From assembly GCA_040954595.2 (NCBI GenBank), contig CM082583.2, forward strand, positions 6,074,849 through 6,138,848: DNA of 64,000 nucleotides. The letters run 5' to 3'. Below are positions 12,904-28,733 of the stretch, one piece after another. How positions within the stretch are numbered: the stretch's first letter is position 1; the number at the start of each line of letters is the position of its first letter. The notes beneath the pieces are model-generated. The model had not been told where the DNA came from. It ran no database searches and saw only the letters and a list, made by a program, of their open reading frames with translations. The translations under genes and the position numbers were made by a program. The DNA comes from Balanoglossus misakiensis. Taxonomy: Eukaryota > Animalia > Hemichordata.

Positions 12904-15900
12904 GAGACAATACCGGTGTTTCCATTGTGTTTAACTACAAAAAGCCGCCCGCGCCAACTAACAACGGAACAGCGAGGATATACAGCGTTGCAAAATGCTG
13001 CCTCGGGGCACGGAACCTGACAACAATGAGATAGAAGTAACTTTTAGAAAAAAGGTTCTAAGTCATGCTAAGTATATAACTGAGACATTCAATCAGTATA
13101 CCAAGATGATGCTTCGTCACGATACATACCGGTAATTCCGGCTCCAAAGTACACGTCACACGTGGTCCCTGCTAACGTTTCTCTTGGTGAACTTGTAATC
13201 GGTTAAAGCTTAACGGCTAATCCCGCCAGCGTCTCGTCGCGAGGTGCATGTAAGATTTCAATACACAGCGACATCTGCAAACCAGTAGCATCGTCATTTA
13301 TCGAGACATAGTGTACATGTACCTTGCTTGCACATACCGAGACATAAAGGAACCTGCTCCGAAAGACGGACACGATAACTACCCGACTAATGCAGCAATT
13401 AGTTTTGGAAGCTTAAAAAATACTGTGTTGGGTCTTTAGCTAAAATACTAAAAGTAGTCGTGTCTGTAGGTTTATTTTCAGCAGAAAACATGACTGCAGA
13501 ACTTGCTCAGCTGAATCAGCAAAAAACGGCATGAGTTAATTCTATAGTCGGTAGTAGGAGTATAACAGCTGTACCATGGTTGGTGTCTGCATTTACTGAG
13601 TATGTTGGCATGTGAATGCAAGGCTGTTTTTGTGTCTTGTCGCGCCACGCTGCAGCGTTCTACAGCAGGTTGTTAAGAGTAACGCTTTGGAATCGAGAAT
13701 AGTGTCACTCTTGGGTAATTCAATAAATGATATTTCATGTGCACAGTTGGCTGTATTACATGTGCACGTCCCGCGGTGTCTTTTTTGTCGGCACAGAATA
13801 AAATCCAGACACCGGCGTCCGTTCATCACGTAGCTGTTCAAGTGTCATACATGTTGCAAAAAGACAGTGGAATTTTAATGCATAATCGCTCCCCAGTATT
13901 CTACTTGGGATACATAATGACCTGCTTGGATTCCGCCGTCTGTAATCCTGTCCACGAAGTACCGTGGAGAGAGATACAAAAAATGCATGGACACCGAATT
14001 ACGTCTCAGCTTACATGAAGAGCCCACTCTCTGAGATGAAATATTTGTGTGTATGCCTCAACCGACTGGAACTGAGAATGCCAAATGGCCCGGCGAGAGC
14101 GGAGCTCTGAAATTGTTTACACCCCGTGGTGTGAGTCTTGCTGAATTTTTCATAAAATGGCAAGCACCGACGGAGTTGGCTGTGTTCGCCTGTCATTCCG
14201 GCTCGATAGAAAATGGCGTCCCAGGGGAACGACGGTCTCCTGGGGTTTCTATGCACATTTCACGTACGGTGAATGCTCCGTACCACTTAATGTTCACGGC
14301 TAATTTGGCCCGAATCTCCCGCCAAGTTTGGCAATAAATCACCGCTGAGACTCCACTTCATAATTTAGCACATTCACAGAATAAAAAAAGGAAATAAAAC
14401 TAAACATTTATGGCGCCGTTTTTTTTTCCATGACAAGTGCTTATCAAGGCGTCTTTCCTTTTTTTGTTGAGCGTGTTGAAACCACTGAAATGTAATATAA
14501 TGGCGCTCATAAAATCTAATTTTGGTCCTTAAATTTGAAACCAATGTTTCTGACAGGAAGAGTGTGTATGATTTAAATTAGAAAGGCTGACTATGCTCTT
14601 GAAATACCACACACGTCATCGCCGCGGAAGATTTATAGACATTGCCCAATCGGGTGTAGACTCATAAAAGTATGAATACAGCTCCAGCATAGTTTCTCAA
14701 AAAAGCGCATCCATTTACAATATTTTGCTAACTGCATTTGACGATATATTTGATCAAATTTCAAAAATGCGGTCCTTTTCAATTACGCATATCTCAACCC
14801 AGTTTGATTAATGTCACAACCATAACACTGGATTAAATTTCTGCCATAGTAATACACTTAACACGGGGGTTATAACCTATGACTACCTATATAACGGGGC
14901 AGCCGATAGATACCCCCCCCCCCCTGCCAACAGGTAATCCGTGCACTGTATTTTGGGAGCCCGGGAGTCCTATTATTCAAAGAAAAAGATCAGGCAGCCT
15001 CCAACTAACCAATCCTCTAACAATTTATGGATGAACACTGCACCCATTAAAGCATCAAACAACGATCACCAGAAATCCTATATAGACCGAAATCCCGTCG
15101 TTGACATTTCGCTATCATTATTCGCGCAAGCATCACATGTCGCAAGATTCGTGAGTGGCGACACTTGAAGGACCCTTGTGAAAAAAGTCAATTTTCCCAC
15201 ATTCTGCGAATACGCAGCAAGATTTCCGGGCCATGTTTGTGTCGTAAAATATATTTGAAGTGCATGCATGCCTGCTTCTCATCGGCTCAGTAAGCTGATG
15301 GATGGACGCAGTGACAGAAGTCTACAGTATAAAAACAAAGGGCTGTTTTTTAAAGTTCACCTAATTTAATGCCTTGGCATTACAGAGATCCTTAATTCAG
15401 ATCATTATGACCTATGGATATCCACAAATATTGACAATTTATGGGGTAATGGGCTCAAAGGAAGCAGAAAAAAGTGTGATAACACCAATGCCATTTTGTG
15501 ACGTGATTTACAACCTTTCAATACAGCAAAGGTGAGTGGAAATGGAGGTTAAGAGCTGTACAAACACGCATACGAAAATGAATTATTCTTATTTGACGGA
15601 TTGGATGAAACATTACCTGAGAAAGTAGGCATGAAATGAATTATTGAGATTGCTCTGCCTGAAAACATTGCAAGTAATTTATGAAGTTGTAAGAACAAAA
15701 ATAATGTATTGCAGTAAGCAGGTATATATGCTAGGCAATCCGAGTACCGAAGCGTTTGCTTTCAGTACCGTAGATCCCCGTAAGTGGCTGAATATTTAAT
15801 TGTGTTTGAATTACAAATTCTTAATTTCGGCGACTCGATTAACTGTCGTCAACATTTTACCATTTTGCAATCTGGGACACAGTGCCTGCAAACAAGCTTA

Positions 15901-15965
15901 AGTGCATTCTGTACAGATAAAATATGGAATTATTGTTTTGACATTAGCAGGAACAAGCATTCTGC

Positions 15966-16196
15966 GTTCATTTAGACAAAGAGCAAAACAAACAATTGGT
16001 TTCTTTTATCATGTAGACAAAAAGATGAGTGAACACCGAATGGTTGTTTGCTCTTTGAATTACAGAAAATGGTTATTGGGTCTTCCATCCGTTAACGTGG
16101 AAGACCCGATAACCATGTTTCTGTTCATTTAGACACAGAGCAAACAATATTTTTTCTTTCACCGTGTACACAAAAAGGATGAATGAGTATCCGATT
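15966..16196 (+). repeat. Diverged local direct duplication (~75-bp units, 157-bp offset)
   Basis: gttcatttagaca(a/c)agagcaaa...tgta(g/c)acaaaaa..gatga starts at both 15966 and 16123. Confidence 0.65.
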
Positions 16197-19100
16197 CAGC
16201 GAGAATTAATTAACGACATCTGTTGCTGTTATTGTGACATCGACCCCGAGTTACACCAGTCAGGTTAAAACCCGGCTCGGTTTCGCCGGGGTTGGAGATC
16301 AACCTGGGTACACCATTTGCCGTATGGGGAATGCAAGTCTGGACGCCTAATTGTATACTAGATGTTTCTGATTAGCTGCCTCATATTTGTCCGTCAGCAG
16401 TTTTGCACACATACTATGTACATGTTCAAGTTCCAATCACCTTTGATTAAAGTTGGGAGATTTCCGACAATAGATGTTTTGTTACTGCATGGTGATTATG
16501 ACGAAGATCACGTGACATCGCTGACAAAATGCGCATGCTTTGTGTACGTCCATGTTTTCTGATCACTGAAAGTAATAATAAAAAGACGGCATATTTTTTT
16601 TCTCTCGAGGTATTCACTATCCAGGGGGGTGATTTACAGGGGTCGCCCATTCCCCGCAGAGGCCGGTGCTTTTAACTGGATTGCAATAAGTTAGGTTAAT
16701 TTGCGAGGTGGTGATTGCAACTGGGGAAGCTGCCCATCAGAGAGATCGGCAGTAGCACTGCACTGGCTGCCTGCGTGATATGGGAATGTACTTCGCTTAT
16801 GCATAATATCACGAAGTCGCTGAAGGTGGATCGGCCCTCGTGAAGCTCTCGGCCCATTCATTTATTTTCAATTACCATCAAAGCCCCCATGCAATCGGGA
16901 AACCCTTTGAATGGAAGTAAAGGCACGTCGCTTGAATGGCAGAGAATGGAGGACTGTGAAATGCCAGGAAATGACAAGCAGTGCGGGCGCGTGATTGATT
17001 TGTCCGCGATAATGTACCATATGCGACTCATGAAAGTGTCGATAATGATGGATTACTGATTCAGGTTACTCTTCACAGAATGAATAATAAATTCGCGGCT
17101 ACTTGAAATGATTTGTAATGACCAGAGACGGCTGTAAATCTGGCAGGCGTTATTTATAAAGTTCGACAAGTAATCCTTATGCACGGCAGGAAAATATCCA
17201 TTATTCTTCTCAAGATATCATAATGTTGATCGGTTTCACTTTCCGCGAAGCTTACAATGGGAAGTATTTGAATATGGAATACAGATGACAGGTGTACTTG
17301 ACCAATTGTATGTATTTACATTCATGTATTATGGCATATGTTGTTTTTTTAACTTCAAGGTAGGATAGCTTAAGTTTGACAGGTCACGTGAATATGTATA
17401 CATATGAATGAGCTATGAATTTAGTCGATAGTTGAAGGAAACTGCTGAGCCAGCATTTTTTTCACCAATGGCGTGTCTATGGGCAAACCATTTAACGAAG
17501 TTTATCTAGAGCGCGGAGACCACACGATTTTATTTCACCGATTGATTTACTTTTATTTGACTGGTACGTGTAAAATTTCATAAAATTGACAATACATATT
17601 TGCGCAGTATACAAGTTTAAATGTATGTTCTGCGCGTACAAATTTGACTTTTAATACATATTTTCAGTTTTGACCTCTTGCTACAGTGACAAATGGTCTC
17701 CGATCGTGACATGCATGTACAATCTAACCAGTGTGGTTTCCATTAGCACATACTTGGCACTTACTGTTCGAGTCGGCATTTGCACAACATATGGCTACCA
17801 TAACAGATATGCATCTGACGATGCGCCCAGACTCGAATCGATCTGTCGTGCTGTCGTTTACACCTACACAGTGATGGATTATCAGTTTGATTTTATTAGA
17901 CTCGTCGGGAACATTGTGTCTGAGTATAAAGTGGCTTTGTACTCTAGACTAACAAACATTTACTTTAAAAACACTGCGTGGGCGTAGGGTTGAATGATGT
18001 CAGGATTCTACAACAGCAAAAGAGAAGGTAAACGAAAAGTGACAATCGCGTGTTTTTAGAAGCGAAGATTCGTGATCGTTAATCAATCTTGTGTACACTA
18101 ATTATAACATGAATATCTAGGTAGAGCCATAGCCAATCTCGTGGCTGTGCCCAGTAGGACAGCTACAAGTCCATGAGTTGAGAAGATTTATCTCTTGTAA
18201 GTTGGAAAGCCAGTAGTAGTCCGATGGGAATGTTTTTGATGATTGCATGTTTGATTTTTGAAGGTTTCCTACACATGTATGTCCGTACTCTTGGCTTGTC
18301 GTTCAATTCAACGCGGAATGCTTACAATTGCTTCTAGTTCTTTTATCTTTTTTTGTAATTACACAATTAATTTGTGCGTGAGCAATGAAGATGACAAAAT
18401 GCTAGCGATTCATCTGTCCTCGTTGAAAACAAAATTGATACCGAGATGGAACGTTAATGGAACACTGCCCATCAAAGACGAGATACTGTGATAGCTAGAC
18501 ATTGCGTAAGCTGTTTTAGACTGTCTCGGAGGATAAATCGCTCTAAATAACCTATTAGCCCTGAAATCCGCCTTAAATCAGAAGCTTCTATGTGGTATGA
18601 CTTGTTTGCTGTCTGATTGAAGTTTAATGTGACCCGCGAAGGGAATTTTTGAAAGCTCAACAAATAAATCAGGACTCCTGTAATACGCGATCAACCTTTT
18701 GATATATCATGTTCAAACCCTGTGAACTTTGTCCCTGGTTGGTGGTTAATCGCAAAAAGGCAATTCTGTTCCCAATGGGGAAAAAACCAAAAGCGTTCTA
18801 ACGAGGGCATATAGAAAACTTCTCCATCACTCCAAGTGCCTGGGAATTTTGTATGAAAACGCTGCAGTTTCAAATGCGCTCGCGGGATACAAAAGTTCAT
18901 AAATGTAGTTTAAGTGGACAAACAGATAAGGAAACGCTCGGTGAAAACTGCCCTAATGTGTCTCATGCAGAATGTCTCGGCGCCGTATCAACATAACACG
19001 TTTTATTATCACCACTTTAGCATTATGCTGCCTATATACATAATATTGCCCCAAACTTGAAAATGGATGCGATTTGCGGTAAGGTTGCTTCAGAACAGCG

Positions 19101-22100
19101 TACATCAACGGCTGTAAGAAACTGGATTTACGGGAATAGAAATGCCAGGAAGTCGCTAATGGCAACGATTTAAATGACCGATGACCGTACATTGTACATA
19201 TTTTGCCTGGAATGTTATTTAATGCATCATGCTTTTTAAAACTCGAACAAGAAATTGCAGTGAATGATGCACAAAAAAAACAAAAATACTGAACAAACAG
19301 TCAAATGTTGCGGCTAATGGACTGTCAGGGTCGGCCAAGACATAATGCTTATCGATCTTTTCATGTAACTGCAGATTATGTAAACTTCGCCAGAAGACAC
19401 AATTACCGCCGCAGGTGACTGGATAATCAAGGGATCTTGCGAGTTAAAAACTACCGACGGGAACACGAAGTTTTCGGAATTGGTTGGGTTGCGATTAGAT
19501 ATCTTTTATGATGTTGACAAATTCAATTTAGGGTAATAAAACTGGAAAATAAAGTGTCTCAGTGGTCGGACTCCCCCGATGCCATGGCGCCTTTGATCTG
19601 ATAAAAGGTAAGCGCATACAAGGCACCTGATTAATATCTCAGAGACGATTCCTGGCAGACCCCGTATCTTTGAGCGCAGTGATCTCCAGGTATAATACAT
19701 GCATATTGCGACGTAACGACCCGGCATGTGGGTCACGTCGATCACATATAATTACATAGGTTGGTCATTGCTCGGCGGCGAACATATGACCCGTGGAAAG
19801 ATTCTCTGCTTACGACAAGCTAGACTATTAGGAATGATATGCCGTGATGTCACGTGATATACACGTGATTTGTCTTATTGTGGGCTCCTGAAAGACAATA
19901 ACTGCAGCCCGGCTGACGGCGCAATGCACAAAAGAGATAGAGGGAACCATCCATCCACAGTTTAGGTGGTTCTGGTGTCAGAAGTAGGTCTACATGTACA
20001 TATAATGTTGCATGCATCCTCCAATGAGTGTCGGTTTTGTATTTGTCCCTTTGAATTCGTCTTACGTGGCCTTTCTCTACCACGCAGTAGCAACACACCC
20101 TATAGTGCCCGGTAAGAAGAAATCCTTGCATCAAAGCTAATCAGTGCCATGGCATGAATGGAAGTTAGCCACGTCTTGCCAGGTATAGCGAAAGGGGGAA
20201 ATGGCGCGTTTTCCCTTTTCTGCAAGACCGCATACGGATAACCTCGAAGATATAATGAAAGAAACAGAAGGAGGCATATTGTCATTGCTCTCCTATGATT
20301 CAAGACCATCCGCCGTGCCCACGCTCACCTCTGACTTTCAAAACGCTAATGCAGGACCAGAGATACCTTGGATGCCACACATGATCGATGGAGCGGCGCC
20401 GTAGTGATACAGCTTTCTAAAATTACCGGGTATCTTCTTATCTCTAGGTTCTGATATAAAACTTGCGACTGAGAACAAACCCTTAGCTAAAACTCGAGAT
20501 ACTAGAATTTTAGTAATCAAGATGTTGATGTAATGTTAACAAGTCACGTGAACGGTCGACAAGGTCATTCTGGTAACTGAAATTTCAGTTCAGAGAGTCT
20601 TAACTGCAAAATCTTTGTGTGTTTGAAAATGTTATAGAAAATGGCTCTATCGTGCTTTGGATTTGCTTTCGCAAACAAAATATCAGGGATCAGATGGCCT
20701 GCTTTTTAATATTTCATCGGTTATTGTTCGAATATTAAAAAAATAAATTGCATTATTTTACCCCCAAACCATCTGCATTTTTGTCTGTTTGTATTTCTGT
20801 TCCCGTGGAGATAAGATGTCAGTCAGTCATGTGACAATGAAGGCCAGCTTATTACCTCTGAGTCAGTGTCTGTCCACGATCTTTGTCACTTTATTCATCC
20901 CAAACGAAAAAGGTTCACCGATAACTCTTGATTGTTCCAGCTAAGCGCCATAGCTAGCTTTTCCAAGAGATTATCATTCGCGATTTATTGTACACACTTT
21001 TCCTGCCCCAGAAATACAGACTGGTTTGAGTATGATGTACATATATATGTAAATTACGATTTTTTCGGTATTTGTAAATTGCCGGTAAACCACGTGCGAA
21101 TGTGTTCCTAACCACGGTACATACATTTACATTTACATACATGTACAGTGCACTCTCCCAGGGTCCGGGAGTATGGATTGAGGGGCAAACGGTAGCAGCT
21201 GTATATAGCAAGGAAAACGCTCACTATCAAACGTTACATGGCACCAGACTTTTGACAGCAAAAAACGACAGCTATGCCATTTCAAGATAAATCGGGTTTG
21301 TCGAGGCGTGATTGCCGTTGCGTTGGCGAGGCACTTCCACCCGCGTAAGAGTGCTTCCAACTGTCGATCTGTCGCTATGGATTCTCGTCACAATCCGTCT
21401 GCTGATGTCACGACTAAGTTCAGCCCTTTCAACCCCACCTCTGTGTAAGGAGGTCCCGGCAGTCATTGAAAAAAATATGGAGCTGGACCAAACCATAGTG
21501 GCGAAATGTGTAACATGGGTGATTATAGAAGTCAACAATGAAGTCCTTGTTTCATTTCGCGAAATACAAGGTCATATCTTAGTTTTCGATAAATGACCAA
21601 AAATGGCGATTCGGCAATTTAGCCGATGCTTTATCTAGGTCTGGTTCACAGGAGTTACTCTCGAAATTGAGCATTCTTTACTTAATGGTATTATTCGCCC
21701 ACTGAACTTGATTTCATTGAACCGGGCGATGTGCAAAAAAATCAGCTAAAAGACAATAGTAGAAGTGAGGTGCCTAGCATTTCTCAACGCAGTCCCACGA
21801 GAATGGATAAATTCGATGTTCCCATTATGCGCGTACATCCTTAATGCTTTAGTAAAGGTGTCAGAAACCCGTGTGGAAACTAAATCAGTTATAGATGGAC
21901 GGTGCGGAGAGGCTGACAAAGGACGGTGGTGTCGGGCGGTTCTTGTTGGAAAGCACATGATGCAGCCACGGCGTCATTACTATTTTATTGGATGGCTCAA
22001 TGCTGTAGCGTAGGCGGGTTGAGAAAACCTGTTTTTCGCCCGTGCGATCAATTTTCACATTCGCGTGGCTTACTTTTGTGACTAAATGGAGAATAGGTCA

Positions 22101-25060
22101 CTGTGATATCTTGTTTAAGTTTGCGTCCGGCATTTTTCGACAAGATAATTGAGAACAAAATCACGGTGCCCAGCGTTTGCATCAGCCGCGGTTCCGCTAA
22201 GTCAATAGGTATTTGAACGTATGCCAAGCGATGTGGACCGATATCTGATACAAGGAGTCGGTGTGTTCATGCATAACTAAGCAAAGCTGAAAGCGCTGAA
22301 ACATTTCAAAATGTTTCCGTGCCAATAGCGATGGCCGTGACGTAACCAGAGCTTATCTGACGCCTGGTGTGTCACGCGTTCCTTGTTTTCCGTCGCAAAT
22401 TGTCTCTGTTTGAAACCGGTTCGCCGTTTTTTCACCGACTTCGGCAAATGCTACGTGCGGACGTCTATCGTTGCTTAGCAACCGGTCCCCTACATCAGTG
22501 GGTAAAAATGTGTAATTATCCACTCTCCCCGGTATAGCAATACAAAATGCTCCGAAATCCATTTCTATATGTCATGCCTTGAAATGCGCATATCCTGCTA
22601 TTTTGTGAAGGAGCTTGCGGGAAGAATGAAACCTACGATCGAAGTCAAACGCTGGAATGCTGGTAAAATGAAGATAGGCCATTTTTATATGACGTCAGCA
22701 GTGGAAACAGTCGCCTCCTTGTCATATAAATCTCCGATGCTACTTTGCTTGTCTCCACTCAGGAGCAATACTCTACATTTTCTGACTGTAGCCAAATATT
22801 ACTCCAAATTACCCGGGATTTACAGATATACTTACACAGGTCATAACTCATCAGAAATACAGTGCTTTTGGCGGCGTTCCCATGTGAAAACATCGCCTGA
22901 CAATACATGTAGCCCATTCGGGCAGAAAGCTCGACCCAAATCAAATCTTAAAATGGAAATCGCAGACAGTTAATCGATAGGCAATTATCATATCGGCGCG
23001 GCAAACAGAAGCTACGCTGTAACAGAAATCGTCCGGTCAAAGGGGCCATGTTAGAGTCAGGATATCCCTGTAGGGCACTTGCATTGTAAATTTGTAATAT
23101 AAGTCTAACTGCCCCCTTCGGAAGAAGATGCATTCTTCATATTTTGCCAGTGTCAGCGTACCTACGATTGAGGTCTACACAGTCATTCTGTTGTGTCTGG
23201 CTGTTTTATCCGGAAAAAAATGGCTAACTTACAAAATATATCAATATCCTAAGTATGAATCTTCACCTCATTTTACCAACCACTGACGTTAAATCTATGC
23301 AGTTGCATTTGACTTTTGCAATCATGGCTGCCTTATGTAGCGTGAAACCGTGAAATGATATTTTCTTCAGACAGAAGACGCGTTGTTTTCGAGATCGCCC
23401 ATGAAAATGGCCGAGTGAACATTGAGGACAAAATAACGACCACCTAATTAATCCTTCAGGGAACATTGCAATGCTATGGTAAAACTCGTTTATTTTGTTC
23501 TTATTTTCTGGAGAGTCGATTGATTTAATGCCAACAAGTATTTGTAATGATGTCCAAATCTCATGCGCATAGCGGTGAACAACGATAAAAAATCGACGGA
23601 AAAGTAATTCAAACAAACACGGTGGCATTATCAGCAACTTGAAGGTACGCGTACGCGTGCAAGCATTTGGATCTGTTCGCCTCGTTTCCCGGATGTGTCC
23701 GCCCTGGTTTAAGCCTTTTATATTGGAAGAACAGTATTGTTTTGGTTCAGATAATAAATTGGGTTTTATCAGGTGAGGTAATAATAGACATTATTTTATG
23801 TTGCCGTTACGAGTGATAGCATAGACAGTCTCGCTTCTAATGTCCATGATCAGTTAATATAACAGGGGATTAATTTGTTGAGCTATAAATACCCGGTACA
23901 TTAGATCCCAATACATTGGCGAATGGTTTCTAGGGAGACTGGTCGATAATTAAAGAACGGCACGCAGACATCTCGACAGCATCTTTCAACAAGAAACTAG
24001 TTAACGCTCAGATAAAGGTTTCAAGGACGCGCAGGCCTGTTTCAGCGATATTAGGAGATCCCTGAATATTGGGACCTTCTGCAAGTTATTCCAATTATGC
24101 TGATATCCCTGCTCGTCCCGGATAATTTACCCGCGAAACACATCAACACTTCCAGCTTAATGGGTTCTGTGTGTGGTACTTTACTCCACTTTCAAGTCGG
24201 TTCGATGACGTATCGTTTAACGCTCACATTGCACCAAGTGGTACACGATAGATCCCTCATATAGATAGTCCGGCTAATCTAATCGCGTGGATTAAATAGT
24301 TTTGTATAACCCTCGAAGCAAACTACAGGCCGACATCAACCAAGTTACTCACTTTTCATCCGATACAAGAAAGTTTTTCCCCGAGATATATCTCTGGGTT
24401 TTCCTTCGATTGGCCAAATGTCAATTCCTCTCACGTAAGTTTCTCTTAATCGGTTCAGTAGCCATTTCGAAACCTTTCAACTCATTACGGTTGGAGGAAT
24501 TATAACGATCATTACTACAGCGTAAGCATGACTTAATGGTCAGCATCTGTAGCTACATGGTTGGCAGTGTAATTTGGTTCGAGTTGTACTTTGACAAATT
24601 CACCAAATTGTACAAATACATCGTCTGCATGTCGGTAGAAACCTTTCGGCTGTGTTCTTAATGGACGGCTCTCGCCGAGCTCGGCAACTGTAATTGTGTT
24701 CGCGTGAACACTCACAGCGCGTTTAAATTCATATTTGCATGAAACTTATTTGCTGGTGTTTTGCGTATGCAGAATTTCTACCAATACAGGCAAGTGTTTT
24801 TTTAGATGTTCATTATCGTGATGGGTGCTGTTAACGCGGTAATATAGTCTCGCCGCCTCCCTGATCGCAAAATGCAGCCGGCTTCTCGGTCGGTTCATTA
24901 AGCGATTAAACCCGTGTGTCTTCCTAATCATGACGCGTTTGTTAAAAGCTTTTTTCCATACGTGTACATGTGTATACATGTATGCACAGTGATTGAACAA
25001 GGTGCTTGGCTCTTGCTGGGGTGTGCGAATGATTTATGGTTCATCGTGTTCATCAGTGCC

Positions 25061-25130
25061 ACCACCGTCGTCGTCGTCGTCGACGCTGTTGTTGTTGTTG
25101 CTGCTACTGTTGTTGTTGTCGTCGTCGTCA
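25061..25130. repeat. Compound trinucleotide microsatellite (GTC/GTT/GCT)n
   Basis: Direct reading. It produces the poly-V, poly-T and poly-R/C pseudo-ORFs in the track. Confidence 0.85.
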
Positions 25131-28100
25131 TGACTCACGACACCGAATTTCCCCGCGTCGTCAACTGCAACCACATCAAGACGTAACGAACACATCGGTA
25201 GCTCGTGTCGTCACCATAGGTTCGTCGCCGATCAGAAACCAATCAGAGAATGATTTTATAAGGACGTCCGGACGTGGACTCAGGAAATAAACAGCACGTG
25301 CCGAGATTCCCAATGTCTTTCTTAATAGTAATTGAAATAAAACAAGTTTTTTTTTTCTTAATTCGCTGGCGTTGCGACGTACGAGCGCGGGGCTCGTAAA
25401 ATGTGACAGTAACAGCGGATGAGATATAACCACGCTCACCGGGTGAATACGATTGCCGTGCGGCGTTGACACAGCCGTGTAAAGAGAGCCTCCTCGCTCG
25501 TTGAATGTTAACGTCGACTCTTGCGACGTCAAGGGAATTGGTTTGCATAACTCCCCGAGTGCACTTACCTGCCTCTTCGGAAGTCTTCACCGCATATAAT
25601 AATCTTGGGGAGCGCACGCAAGGACTGACAAATGATTATACTGAAAGCACCGCGCGGTAACAAGATTCGCCTGATCTGACCGAGAAGGCGCGGGGGATAT
25701 AGACATGTACACATGTATACACTCGGTCGATTTTTGCGTTCTGGTCATCAGAGCTGAGCTGTCGGCGCTGCGGAAATCTGAACAGAAATTTCTAGAATAG
25801 CCTCTAACGATGTGTCTACCACTAGAACCAATATTCATACCTGAAAGCCCGCATCTGCTGTGGAATTATTTTTCAAACGCCAGGCGCAGGAGGACTGCGT
25901 ATACTGTAGTCAGGAGTCGGTATGATTTGTGAGCTCCCTCGCTGCTCCCGTCCAGCTAGCTCTGTTCAGAATCCCCGTCTTGTATCAAGCTTGACCTTTG
26001 ACCGATCGCAACTCATTTACATGAAGGTACGATGTCGAGCTCATATCATCACGCACACGCGCCGTCTTCTCAGTGCACACTCGACTGCGAAATGCATTAT
26101 GTGTGGATGTAATTGCGAACAGTTGTATGTCGGCTTCACAAACATGGAGTGGGATAGTATATGCCTGACATGAAATCGATGACTTTGACTCGAAAACAAA
26201 GTCACATACGCCGACCGGCACATGTGCAAGCGGTATTTGTCTTCCATTCATTCTGTTTCTTGGAAAGAGGAAATATCACACGTTTCGACTTTTCGAGAGA
26301 AGCCATCTATCTTTATCAAATCTGATGAAATGCATTACCGTGATTGTAAAAAAAACGTCACAAAAGCCGAACCCTTTCTCGATTACCGCCTTTTAGACTT
26401 CATCGGGAGATCATGATCGTCTACGATATCGATCGCAATGCATTGTGGTTGTAAAGCTCCTCGTTGAGAGGGGCTCGGAACGAACTTGATGAGAACCAAT
26501 TTAAGTAAATCGGTTTCTCGCTAACTCGTCATTTTTTGTTAACACAGATGATGAACGCATGCATCTGCAAATTGAAAAAAAGGGAATCATTTTTTACGGT
26601 ACCAAGTCTCTCCTCCGGATAGAACATCTATGTCAGACACACCGTGGAGTTCTGACATCTTTACGCGCAAACTCCATTGCACATGCTAGGGGGTCGATGG
26701 CAAATGGCTACAGAGCATTATGAATACATTTGCTTTTGCTCAGAAGTGGAGGAACGGGATTATTGGCAATTGATCTGCCGTATCTACATCATATGCAGAC
26801 CTATTACGGGTTCTATTAGTCGTTGCCATGCAATCCATCCATTGCTTTATTTTCATCGTACCCGTCATGAAACCGGCGCGTTAGCCTAATTCCCCGAGCA
26901 AATTACTAAATATGGTTCATTAAATTAAAGACATGAGCTAAATTGTAAAATTTACATGCTATGTTTAAACGCAGCGGGTTATATGAATATTTCATTTTCC
27001 CCTTCGGTACATGACAAGCTATCGGCACTTTAAGTGTTAAATGAGTTTTCGCATTTAGGATTTGTTTTTCTTGTTGTCTAATAATTCCGATTTGATTAAA
27101 TTATCGTGTTAAACAAATTGTACTGTTTGCATTTAGAGATTGAGTTTATTACTCAGACTAATCCAGCGGTACTGTACGGGATCGCTTCACAACAGTCGAT
27201 CCCACCATCCAATTATATCATGTTAGGCAGAAAATGGCGATTTCTTTCGCGCATGCGTCGGTGTTTTGGACATGGAATCGATATCTGACTTTGCAGTCCG
27301 TCAAATCGTAATTAGTAATATTTGCTAGGGCCGATTCATTGATGCCGTGTGAAATTAGACCAACCTGAACCCAAATCGGATGTGTTTATGTCAATAAATG
27401 CGATCCATGTAACCTTTTCTGCTTTTGAGAAAAGCGTACTAAACTCTTAAAATAATCTAAGTGGTATTTCAAATTACAAGTCCATTCAGTTACTCGAAAC
27501 AAATCGCTGAATTCGATTAATCTTTGATATTCAAGTCCAAATTATTGAAGGCATATGGGACTGGGAGCGAACTCATTACATGGGATTCTCGTGCGATTGC
27601 CGTGATAACATCAGGAAGATGTTACTTTTAAGGGAATGGGGTGAGTAATACCGTTACACAACCAAGGCAATGGGGTGACTTTTTAGAGCATTCGAAGTCG
27701 AATCAAATAGCCAGGGTTACGGGTACGACATAAGATCATTACGCATGACAGATGACATGGCAACTAAAATCTATAATAGTTTGCTTTAATTTTTGACCGT
27801 ACTCATCAGCAGGTCGTAATGGTCTGTCAAGAGCTGCTTACCATGATTGCGATTCAAAATTAGCCCTGAAAAAGAATTAGCGCCTGCAGCAATTTTGACA
27901 AGCGTGGCAGGCATGCATGGAGATTGTAAGAAATATGGGTGGATGACAGTAACTGTTATTAAAACTGTGAATAGGTACATGCAATAATGGATTATTTTCG
28001 ATTGCAGTTAGATATGAATTGCCGAATTATGAAGATGGCCCAAGGAGTATTTTATGATTAGAGTGTATGGAGGGCGTCCTATAGAAGACAGGTTATATAT

Positions 28101-28733
28101 AGTAAACGTATGGTAACGTCAGTCTATTGGCCGGGCGTACTCTGCACGCTGACATATTTACAGAATTTTACATTGATATTTTACACTCATGTGAGGATCT
28201 TCGTCCGCCATTCATGGTAGTTCTCACATGATTTCCACTTTGCGAATTTTCTATATCGTCTCCAGCTACTTACGGGAATATAATACCATATTTACGATTA
28301 TTAACAAACTATCATGACTTAATGTAATGTTACACTGCGAGGTGCTGAGGATTTAGTGTCTTCCTTTAAATCTTATATTGACCACATTCTTTCTGGTGCA
28401 CAGGAGTCATGGCCACATGTCTACATCATGAAGGGTCCGACGTGTCAATCCAGGCTATAGGAGTAATATGTGGTTGATTATCGCAGCCGATGGCCTCCTA
28501 GAAGAGTGTATTGCTTCACGCTTTGTGTGAATTAACGGCAGGGGCAACGACCACAATGATTTCCTCAAAATTAACGACTTAACTACTTCCCAGAACTTGA
28601 CCGCAATCCATTGTATCTCGCTATACAAAGGCGAACCGCCGACAGTGGATGGTGTTGCTAATATATTGTGATAGCTTAATTCGACAGTGAAGGCGTTCTA
28701 CCAAGTTCCACACGCTGGAACTCTGTGACCCTT

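Noticed and set aside
24914-25290. Poly-Thr, poly-Val and Arg/Cys-rich ORFs
   Set aside because: All derive from one trinucleotide microsatellite; no supporting domain or gene structure.
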